From Candidatus Bathyarchaeota archaeon (GTDB taxonomy: Archaea; Thermoproteota; Bathyarchaeia; Bathyarchaeales; Bathycorpusculaceae), in the NCBI GenBank assembly GCA_963775685.1, contig CAVZJV010000014.1:1952001-2016000 (forward strand): a stretch of 64,000 nt of DNA, in the 5' to 3' direction. Below are positions 51,133 through 59,170 of the stretch, piece by piece; the stretch's first letter is position 1, and every line of letters begins with the position of its first letter. A program made the position numbers and the translations under genes. A model generated the notes under the pieces. That model saw only the letters and a list, made by a program, of their open reading frames with translations, searched no databases and was not told where the DNA came from.

Positions 51133-52035
51133 TTGAAATTCGGCACATTCCTCTATCAACCCGAGCCTGTTGAAGGCGTCGATTACAATTTCTACCGTTT
51201 AAAATCTGAATCAGGAATCGTCGGAAAACCTAACCCAGAAATGTACACTAACATCGCATGTTTTGGTGACAATTACATGGCAGCAAAACGCCCCGATTGG
51301 AATTCTGTAAGCTCATGGGGCCCTGCGCTGCGTACCAACAAGCGCTACAATCTCCGCTGGGATGTCGTATGCATGACTAACCCAGAAGCTAGAGAATACA
51401 ACTTGAAAATCATCGCTGAATCAGCCAAAGTCACTCCGGGTATCAGCATTAGCAGCCAGCATTTTGCTGACCAGCATTTTTGCACCTGCCCACGGTGCAT
51501 TGAACAACAACGTAAAAGCGGTTTAAAGTGGCTTGATTGGCGAGCAAAAGTTGTAACTGATTTCCTCGCTGAAGTTAAAGAAATAGTCTCCGGCAAGCCA
51601 CTTTTTGTCAACCTCTTGCCTGACCCCTTACTGGGCAGAGAACGCTTCGGCTACGACTTTGAAGCCATGGCACAATATGCTGACTACTTCGTCATCCCAA
51701 TGTTCAGCAAATCCTACCCGACACCATGGTACTGGGAAACCATTGCAAGAGGCTTCAAGAGCATCCTAAAGAAACCAATGTTCGTTAACTTCTACGTTCG
51801 CGGTCCAAACGAAACATGGGACACCGTCGCACCGACAAAACAAGTCATGACTGTAGCTACACGTGTTGCTAGACAAGGTGTAGACGGCATAGTCTTTCTC
51901 GCAGAGAAAGCCGATTACATTAGGGAATTCCAGAAGAACGCAGTTGCGGACAAAGAAACACGCGAGTTCCTCAAAGGTCACAACGGCGACGAGGTCTTAG
52001 AGCTTTTCAATCGTTGGGAAAAACTCTACAAATAG
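51133..52035 (+). CDS. Cys-motif TIM-barrel-like protein (GHL10-like), paralogue B
   Basis: VCMT, HFADQHFCTCPRC, WLDWRA, PDP.L..ERFG.DF. Confidence 0.82.
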   Translation: MKFGTFLYQPEPVEGVDYNFYRLKSESGIVGKPNPEMYTNIACFGDNYMAAKRPDWNSVSSWGPALRTNKRYNLRWDVVCMTNPEAREYNLKIIAESAKVTPGISISSQHFADQHFCTCPRCIEQQRKSGLKWLDWRAKVVTDFLAEVKEIVSGKPLFVNLLPDPLLGRERFGYDFEAMAQYADYFVIPMFSKSYPTPWYWETIARGFKSILKKPMFVNFYVRGPNETWDTVAPTKQVMTVATRVARQGVDGIVFLAEKADYIREFQKNAVADKETREFLKGHNGDEVLELFNRWEKLYK

Positions 52036-52149
52036 TTTCCCCTTCTTCTTTTAGCTTTTTATTTTTTGCCTATAACTTTAAGTTAAGGTTATCCCAATTC
52101 TATCCATTGTAACCGGCCATTTTACCAAAATTCTGACTTACCATAAAGG

Positions 52150-52416
52150 TTGGAAGGAAAACGAATGAAGACAATAAAGTGTTGGAAAAGGTTAAGCCAT
52201 GAGTGCGGTTACCTAAACGATACTACAGGGCAAACTGTAGTTGTTTTGAAGAAAGAATACAGCAAAAACTACCACGTAGTATTGTTCGAGTGTGGACAAA
52301 ACCAAAAAGATGACGGCAGAACAATTTCCCCTGAATATTCCACAAAGACTAAAGCCGACGCATTTGCCGATGGTTGGATGCTAAAACACCCAAATGGCAT
52401 GGAATCACCCGCTTAG
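52150..52416 (+). CDS. Small hypothetical protein
   Basis: 88-aa ORF ending A..WM.KHPNG; upstream TTTAAG TATA-like box. Confidence 0.7.
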   Translation: MEGKRMKTIKCWKRLSHECGYLNDTTGQTVVVLKKEYSKNYHVVLFECGQNQKDDGRTISPEYSTKTKADAFADGWMLKHPNGMESPA

Positions 52417-52703
52417 ATTATCCGAATGTTAAACCAGCGTTAATGGCTTGAATTAATCATTAAGCTTGCATTCTTTCTTTTTAAACAGTCTTTGTTAAGA
52501 TATACTCAAAAACTGCCCTAATAAAGGACAAAAGCCTGAAGGCATTTCCTGTAGTTAATATTATCTTATCCATAATATACTTAAAAAGAATCATAAAATG
52601 AGTTGGTTTTGGCCCAAGCGCGAAGAAACTCTTCAATTAATCTGCTGGATGGCAATAAAATAAGAGAAATAAAACTTGTTAATGGATTTATTATAGGAAA
52701 AAA

Positions 52704-52862
52704 TTAGGCAGCAGCCTTAATTTGGGCATCTATTTTTCTCTGGCGTTTTTGCAGCAACTTTCGTTTGTTTGCTTTAGGGTTTGGTTTTACTCTGTAAACT
52801 TTGCCGTGAGTGTTTGTGTAGTATTTTTTTCCTTTGGACTTTAGTTTGGTCTTTTTATTCAA
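52704..52862 (-). CDS. Very basic 52-aa protein (not in ORF track)
   Basis: GGAGG SD, TTG start, MNKKTKLKSKGKKYYTNTHGKVYRVKPNPKANKRKLLQKRQRKIDAQIKAAA*. Confidence 0.7.
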   Translation of the reverse strand: MNKKTKLKSKGKKYYTNTHGKVYRVKPNPKANKRKLLQKRQRKIDAQIKAAA

Positions 52863-53088
52863 GCGTATAGTCCCTCCTTGGCTAATCAGTTGGGTTTTGT
52901 GCTATTACAATACGGCATGGCTATTTGAGTGTGCCTATAAAGGTAATTGCTTAAGGCTTATCCGTTTGGTTTTACCAATTCTTTCTGGTAAAAGTGTTAT
53001 GCCTTTATTAGTCTGGTGAACGTATATTTATTGAGCTTGTGAAAGATCAGTTTTTGCAAGAATTATCAATGGGAAGGGTTATTCTAGA

Positions 53089-53223
53089 ATGTATACTTAC
53101 GAAAAATTTATTCAAGAAAAATTTAAGTGCCGAATTTGTTCTTCAAGTTTCCAGACTCCTGACGAGCTACGAAATCACCGGATGGTGGTCCACAAAGGAC
53201 ACATGCTTGCAGGTAAACGCTAA
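53089..53223 (+). CDS. Classical C2H2 zinc-finger mini-protein, 44 aa (not in ORF track)
   Basis: FKCRICSSSFQTPDELRNHRMVVH matches F-x-C-x2-C-x3-F-x5-L-x2-H-x4-H. Confidence 0.8.
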   Translation: MYTYEKFIQEKFKCRICSSSFQTPDELRNHRMVVHKGHMLAGKR

Positions 53224-53517
53224 CAATGGCCAAAGCAAAATAAATCATTTGAACTGATTACAAAACAACATATTTAGCCACAAAAAACATTTACGCGGTT
53301 AACATTTTACCAAACATTCGAGTAAAAGCAAAAAACTAATCAACAAGCCTTCTTTAGTCAAAGAAGGAAGGCAATCCTAGACTACAACCAGCTGCTAATT
53401 TGTTTTCGATATGTGTGTTTTCTCCATCAACTTCTGATTTTTGGATTTTAGGTTTGATTTAGAAAACTATATAATCTCTCTTCGCCTACAACCCCTCACA
53501 TTAAAGGGCGAACACAA

Positions 53518-54900
53518 TTGAAGGTTACTCTAATCAATCCACCTTATCCGCCAAGTGTCCATTCTCACCCACCCTTTATACCGCTTGGCTTAGCATATTT
53601 AGGCGCAATTGCCGAACAAAAAGGACACCAAGTCAACATAATCGATTGCCAAGCCGAGAAACTAACCGACGAAACATTCCGCAACCGCATCGCACAAACC
53701 TCATCCGACGTAATTGGAGTAACTGCGACAACCTTGCTCTACAAGTCAGCTATGAAGTTAATCAATATAGCTAAACAGGTAAAACCCCACGCAGTCACCA
53801 TTCTTGGTGGTTCGCATGGAACTTTCTGGGATGAAAACGCCCTAAACGAATATCCAAGCTTAGATATGGTTGTACGAAGAGAAGGCGAAATGACCTTCAT
53901 CGAACTTCTTGAAAAATTTGAATCTAAAACCAGCCTAAACGGAGTTTTGGGTATCACTTACCGAAACGAAGACAAGATCGTCCGCAACCCCGACAGGCCT
54001 TTCATAGAAGACTTAGACTCGCTGCCATTCCCAGCCCATCACCTGTTGCCGCTTGAGAACCTAAAACATAACGGCAAAATCCTGTTCCCCTTAATCAGTA
54101 GCCGAGGTTGCGTTTTTTGGTGCGACTTTTGTAGCACTGTACGCATGTTCGGCAGAGGATACCGTTGGAGAAGCCCCAAAAACGTCGTTGACGAAATGCA
54201 ACTCATCCATGACAAATATGGTATTGACCAAGTTACTTTCTACGATGACGCTTTCACCGTTGACCGAAACCGAGTGATAAAAATCTGCGAAGAACTGCAC
54301 ACGAGAAAACTGATCATGAAATGGGATTGTGGTACCCGTGTGGACATGGTGGATCGAGAACTACTCCAAACAATGCGTGATGCAGGGTGCATCGCGGTTT
54401 GGCTAGGTGTCGAATCAGGTTCAGAAGTTATTCTTGGTGCGATGAACAAAAAAATCAAGCTCGAACAAACACGTTTGGCCTACAAAACAGCCCATGACGT
54501 AGGATTAATGACGATCGCTAACGTAGTCTTGGGTTTTCCAGGAGAAACTGAACAGACCGCCAAAGCGACCATACGCTTCGTTAAACAACTAAACCCCGAA
54601 GACGTCGGCTTCTATGTCGCTACACCCTACCCAGGCACCCCAATGTATGAGGAAGTTAAGAAGAACGGTTGGCTCCGAGTTACAGACTTTGACAAGTATG
54701 ACACAGCTGGACCAACATTTGAAACTCCCCAGTTAAGTATGGAGAAACTCGCTGAAATCCGTAGCAAAGCTTACCAGCAATTCTACCTTCGACCAGGATA
54801 CGTGATTCATATGATGCGTCTGGGTGGAGTTTATGGAAAAGCAGCGGTAAAAACTTCAGGAGCTTACCTGCTGAGGGCTCTCCACCTGAAGTACTGGTAG
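53518..54900 (+). CDS. Cobalamin-binding radical SAM protein
   Basis: PLGLAYL, GGSH, SRGCVFWCDFC, DDAF, GVESG, PYPGT. Confidence 0.93.
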   Translation: MKVTLINPPYPPSVHSHPPFIPLGLAYLGAIAEQKGHQVNIIDCQAEKLTDETFRNRIAQTSSDVIGVTATTLLYKSAMKLINIAKQVKPHAVTILGGSHGTFWDENALNEYPSLDMVVRREGEMTFIELLEKFESKTSLNGVLGITYRNEDKIVRNPDRPFIEDLDSLPFPAHHLLPLENLKHNGKILFPLISSRGCVFWCDFCSTVRMFGRGYRWRSPKNVVDEMQLIHDKYGIDQVTFYDDAFTVDRNRVIKICEELHTRKLIMKWDCGTRVDMVDRELLQTMRDAGCIAVWLGVESGSEVILGAMNKKIKLEQTRLAYKTAHDVGLMTIANVVLGFPGETEQTAKATIRFVKQLNPEDVGFYVATPYPGTPMYEEVKKNGWLRVTDFDKYDTAGPTFETPQLSMEKLAEIRSKAYQQFYLRPGYVIHMMRLGGVYGKAAVKTSGAYLLRALHLKYW

Positions 54901-55254
54901 TATACTTCTTTTTCTTAAGAACCCAGCCGCTGCGAAAATCATCACCAATACGCTAAGCGAGATTGTAATTGAAGTAAAATTGATCCCAATGGGTGATAAC
55001 CCTAAGAATAAGCCGTCAAGCCCATCTAAACCAAAACTTAAGGCAACTGACAGTACAATTTCTTCAACGAAGTCAAGCCTGTTTTTACCCAAAAACAATA
55101 AGTTAACGAGGCAATAACCAGGCAGAAAAGCAACAAAAACAAAAGCGAAAAAATAACGCGGAATCATAAAGGCAAGTTCAGAGTTGTTTGGGATAAAATA
55201 AGTAACTATTAACGTTAAAACTGTGAAGGCGACAATTGTTTCAAACCATTTCAT
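54856..55254 (-). CDS. DUF1616-like membrane protein
   Basis: FLPGY.L..LLF, LD..E.I.LSV.LS. Confidence 0.8.
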   Translation of the reverse strand: MKWFETIVAFTVLTLIVTYFIPNNSELAFMIPRYFFAFVFVAFLPGYCLVNLLFLGKNRLDFVEEIVLSVALSFGLDGLDGLFLGLSPIGINFTSITISLSVLVMIFAAAGFLRKRSILPVLQVESPQQVSS

Positions 55255-55313
55255 TGGTTTCAGTTTTTAACCTTCAAAAATCTAAAAAAAATAAAAAATA
55301 AAGGGAAGAAAGT

Positions 55314-56225
55314 TTACATGAACATCTTGTAGATTGGATGAGCCTCTTCGAGGGGTCTTGTTCCAAGGTCAGCTGCTGCCGATGCGATATATGTGTCTGT
55401 CACTGCGACTGCTGGGAATACCCATTCAGCTTGTTCTGCTGGACCGATCATAAGCCAGTTTGCGCCAGCCATTTGCATGATTGAGTTTGTTGAGGTTCTG
55501 CAGCCAGGGCGGAATTCTTTAGCGACGTTTGCTTTGACCCATCCCATGGTGGTGACAACGTTTCCGCTGCCTAAGCCCGTTGGATGACCATACTTCTCTT
55601 TCATGACAGGAATAGTTCTGACGGCTGTGCCCATGTCTGGTTCGAACGCGGGGATGGCTGTGTCGATGAGTGGTTTTGTGATGCCGCCTTTCTCTGCTAA
55701 TGCGAGCGCTTCAACTATGACCTTCATTTTGCCTTCCATGGTTGTGTCTTTAGGGTCATCAGCAAGCACTATGGACATTTTAATGCCGCTGTCTTTTAGA
55801 TTTGCAAGTTCTACGTCAGTAACGCCTTTGTAGACTGAATTGTAAAGACATCTATCTGCAAGACCCATCTTTTTAGCTAAGGTTGCTGCTCCCATACGGG
55901 TCTTTGGACTCATTGCATCGAGCATGAGTGGTGCATCAGTGTGTTTTGGTACGAAGTCGATGTATTTTTCGAATGCGGCTTCTGTTGTGCCCACGATGTC
56001 GAGAGCAAATTTGACACCAGTTATGTCGCTTTGGGTCTGGCATGTGTTAATGATTTGCTCGGCTGCTTTAGCATCAAAAATTCCTTTATTTGCATCGGTA
56101 ACCATTTTTTGGCCTAACCAAAAGATGGAGCCGATCAAAAAGGTTGGTAGTTCTCCCGGTTGACCGCCTATTTTTGCTCCAGCGAGATCATATATTTTTT
56201 GTTCGGTATTGAACTTAAAGGACAT
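55314..56225 (-). CDS. mtrH: MtrH-family corrinoid:pterin methyltransferase
   Basis: KIGGQPGELPT.LIGSIF, LYNSV, KPLID, G.G.GN, GAN....GP. Confidence 0.9.
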   Translation of the reverse strand: MSFKFNTEQKIYDLAGAKIGGQPGELPTFLIGSIFWLGQKMVTDANKGIFDAKAAEQIINTCQTQSDITGVKFALDIVGTTEAAFEKYIDFVPKHTDAPLMLDAMSPKTRMGAATLAKKMGLADRCLYNSVYKGVTDVELANLKDSGIKMSIVLADDPKDTTMEGKMKVIVEALALAEKGGITKPLIDTAIPAFEPDMGTAVRTIPVMKEKYGHPTGLGSGNVVTTMGWVKANVAKEFRPGCRTSTNSIMQMAGANWLMIGPAEQAEWVFPAVAVTDTYIASAAADLGTRPLEEAHPIYKMFM

Positions 56226-56245
56226 TTATTCCACATCGGATGGAT

Positions 56246-56671
56246 TTATTTCTTCAATGCTTTCTTTGCAAGCTCTGGAGCTTCTTCTTTGTTCTTGCCA
56301 AAGAGTGCGCCGATTGCATCAGCATCTTCTTTCTTGACTGCTGCGCCGCCCATAATTATTCCGACTTTGTCTTTTAATCCGGCTGCTTTGAGCAGTTCGT
56401 CGAGTTTTGCGATGTTGTTCTTTGCGGGAACTGTGTTAACTGAAATTGCAATCAAGTTTGCGTTGTTTTCTCTTGCCTTGTCAATGAAGACTTGAGGTGC
56501 AACGCTTTTTCCAACGTCGATAGTTTTGAATCCTGCGCGTTTTAGTGAGCGTCTGACTGCTTCTTTTGCTGTGTCGTGCATGTCTGGTTCGATGTTACCG
56601 ATTACGACTATGCCGATTGGATTTTCTGGTTCTGGTGGTTCTTTTTCCATCATAGATTTAAGCCAAGACAT
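56246..56671 (-). CDS. Minimal corrinoid (B12-binding) protein
   Basis: G.IEPDMHDTAK, AISV, MGGAAV; no N-terminal cap domain. Confidence 0.88.
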   Translation of the reverse strand: MSWLKSMMEKEPPEPENPIGIVVIGNIEPDMHDTAKEAVRRSLKRAGFKTIDVGKSVAPQVFIDKARENNANLIAISVNTVPAKNNIAKLDELLKAAGLKDKVGIIMGGAAVKKEDADAIGALFGKNKEEAPELAKKALKK

Positions 56672-56777
56672 TTAAACACCTTTTTTCCTTTTAGATACTC
56701 TGGGCTTTTTATACTCGAAATCCATATTTAACCTTTTACCAACAATTGCATAGTAAGCATATCAAGCGGGAAAGTAA

Positions 56778-59141
56778 ATGCTCAAAGCAAACAGAACATA
56801 TCTCTTATTGCTGATAATTTTTGCTTTCTCGTTCATTTACCGTATGCTTCTGATGCTTTGGAGTGGCTTTCCTTCAGGCGCCGATATTGGCTTGCACAAC
56901 AGTGTGATTTATTCCATCACTGGATCGGGGCATACAAATTTTCTGTACAATTCTTATCAGATGGGCGGTGGAATATCGCTTACATTTCCAGGATACCACA
57001 TTTTTGCTTCAAGTATAATTTTGATGACAGGTTTGCCCGAATATATTGCGCAGGCAGCTATTGTTTCTTTGTTCTCATCACTAATTGTTCTATGCGCTTT
57101 TCTAATAACTAAAAGCGTGTGGAATGAACCTGCTGCGTTCATCGTTACCTTCTTGGCGGCTATTTCACGATTTGACATAGAAATGCTCCTGTGGGGAGGC
57201 TATCCAAACGTGATAACGCTCCTAATGATTCCCATAACGTTTTATCTGTACCTGCAAAAAGACAGGTTTTCGGTCGCTCCTTTCTTGGTTTCAACCTCAA
57301 TCTTGGTAGGGTCGATATTTCTCACGCATTCGTTGAGTGCCGCCATCTTTGTCGGCGTAACATTGCTCACTGTTCTTCTCGTAATAGTTGCTCCAAAAAA
57401 GTTTGGAGCCTCAAGAAAAACAGGCATCTATTGGTTAATACCCTTGGTTGTGGGAGCCATCCTTGTTTCCCCTTTCCTTGTTAACGCTGTACCCACTTAC
57501 CTTCATGGAAACTCTTCAGCTCCGGGCGTTCAGGGAGTGGGCGATATCAATTCAGCGATACTTTCAACAAGGATACTTCCTTTAGAATGGGTTTTACCGC
57601 TGTTTCTGATAATCTTAGCTTTCGCCTTGTTCTCCAAAAGATACAATGGACGATTTTTTACCCTTCCAACACTACTTCTCTCCATGTGGCTCTTTGTTCC
57701 CCTATTTTTAACACAGGGCTACCTGTTTGGATTCATTATAGATTACAACCGATTTCTTTACTTCATTATTTTTCCGACAATAATTTTCATAGCGGTTTTG
57801 ATTAATCATGGTGCAGAGTTCTTTGCCGACATAGCCAAAACTTACCGTTCGTTTACAAGTCAAACGCAAAAAATACAAAAAGACATAAACAAAAGAGTTG
57901 TTTGGCTTTCAACTCACCTAACTAACAAGGCAGTCTACGGCGGTGTTCTTCTGTTTTTCCTCTTGTTTTCTTTCATAGCACTTCCCATCTTTATGACCCC
58001 CTCCCAAGGCATTGGTCAAACAATTCAAAGTTACTATCAAGTTATGAACGATCCAGGCTGGCAAGGAATTCAATGGGCTAAAAAGAGCACTCCTGCCAAC
58101 TCAGTGTTTGTTTCTGATGCCCTCTACGGCTGGTGGTTTGGCGGGTTTGCGCAAAGGCCAACCTTGAGTGCTGTTGATCCCCAGTACTTGACGAGTTCAC
58201 GTGAGTTGGCCTCTGCAAAGAATGTCAGTTATCTGCTTGACACCGATTACCTGATAGACAACGGGTATTTCCAGGTTCGTGAGGATGGCGGATACATTTC
58301 CAGGCATAACCCGGAGTTTTTGGCTCATATAAAAAACTATTATTTTCCTTATTCTTTCTTTAATTTCGACAACGACCAAACGATAATTTCAATAAAGATT
58401 GGTCAAGTTGGAGAACTCTACAATTTGTCAAGGGTTCCAGTTACAGACATGCATATTGAGGGCACAACAAACGCCGAGTCAATCATCATAACACATGGCA
58501 ACGATCGCTTTAACTTCACTCAAACGGTAACCATTTACGCAGCAACGAACTCCCCCACAACTAAAATGGTACAGTTTTTTGCCAACATTACTCAAAGCAT
58601 CCAAACAGACAATCCCACCGTTACTTTGGAAACATTGCAGTTGCGCTTACCAACCAAAGGCACTGTACCACCAATAATAGCAGGAGACTACTCATATATC
58701 GGGCTAGTTGACACCAGCATGAAAACTATTGGGCAACTAGTTTTTCCAAACCAACAATCACGACCCTACTACATTCTTACTCCCAAAGGGAGCCAATATT
58801 CACCTATCGACATCTATTACACCCTTAACACCAAAACTGATGAATTTAGCTTTTCTATGGGTGTCTACCAATACACTGACCAGCAGGCAGCTAACTTCAC
58901 CTTTGAAGAACTTATAGAACAAAATACCAAAACCTGCCTGACAGAAATGCAGACTTATGTTCCTCCGCTAAAAACAGAAACGCACTTTTACGTTTTCGAC
59001 TACCAAAAAGCCCTCGCCGACTGGAACATTTCCTACATTGCCCTGCGCGATTTTGAGCAGGTGCCCAAGTTTGCCAAAGACCCCGCCTTTAGCTTGGTAT
59101 TTATTAACAGCGAAGTCGCCATCTTTAAAGTCAAAGGGTAA
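56778..59141 (+). CDS. Multi-pass GT-C-like membrane glycosyltransferase
   Basis: GAD.G.H, FPGYH, WGGYPN, LTHSL, many TM helices, large extracellular C-domain. Confidence 0.7.
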   Translation: MLKANRTYLLLLIIFAFSFIYRMLLMLWSGFPSGADIGLHNSVIYSITGSGHTNFLYNSYQMGGGISLTFPGYHIFASSIILMTGLPEYIAQAAIVSLFSSLIVLCAFLITKSVWNEPAAFIVTFLAAISRFDIEMLLWGGYPNVITLLMIPITFYLYLQKDRFSVAPFLVSTSILVGSIFLTHSLSAAIFVGVTLLTVLLVIVAPKKFGASRKTGIYWLIPLVVGAILVSPFLVNAVPTYLHGNSSAPGVQGVGDINSAILSTRILPLEWVLPLFLIILAFALFSKRYNGRFFTLPTLLLSMWLFVPLFLTQGYLFGFIIDYNRFLYFIIFPTIIFIAVLINHGAEFFADIAKTYRSFTSQTQKIQKDINKRVVWLSTHLTNKAVYGGVLLFFLLFSFIALPIFMTPSQGIGQTIQSYYQVMNDPGWQGIQWAKKSTPANSVFVSDALYGWWFGGFAQRPTLSAVDPQYLTSSRELASAKNVSYLLDTDYLIDNGYFQVREDGGYISRHNPEFLAHIKNYYFPYSFFNFDNDQTIISIKIGQVGELYNLSRVPVTDMHIEGTTNAESIIITHGNDRFNFTQTVTIYAATNSPTTKMVQFFANITQSIQTDNPTVTLETLQLRLPTKGTVPPIIAGDYSYIGLVDTSMKTIGQLVFPNQQSRPYYILTPKGSQYSPIDIYYTLNTKTDEFSFSMGVYQYTDQQAANFTFEELIEQNTKTCLTEMQTYVPPLKTETHFYVFDYQKALADWNISYIALRDFEQVPKFAKDPAFSLVFINSEVAIFKVKG

Positions 59142-59170
59142 CCTCAATCAAGAAGGGTGAGCCTTTCGCC

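Noticed and set aside
53039-53257. 72-aa ORF in the track
   Set aside because: Overlaps the much more convincing C2H2 ORF in another frame
55314-56225. MtrH as evidence for methanogenesis
   Set aside because: No mcr or other mtr subunits in the window; stand-alone MtrH homologues occur in non-methanogens
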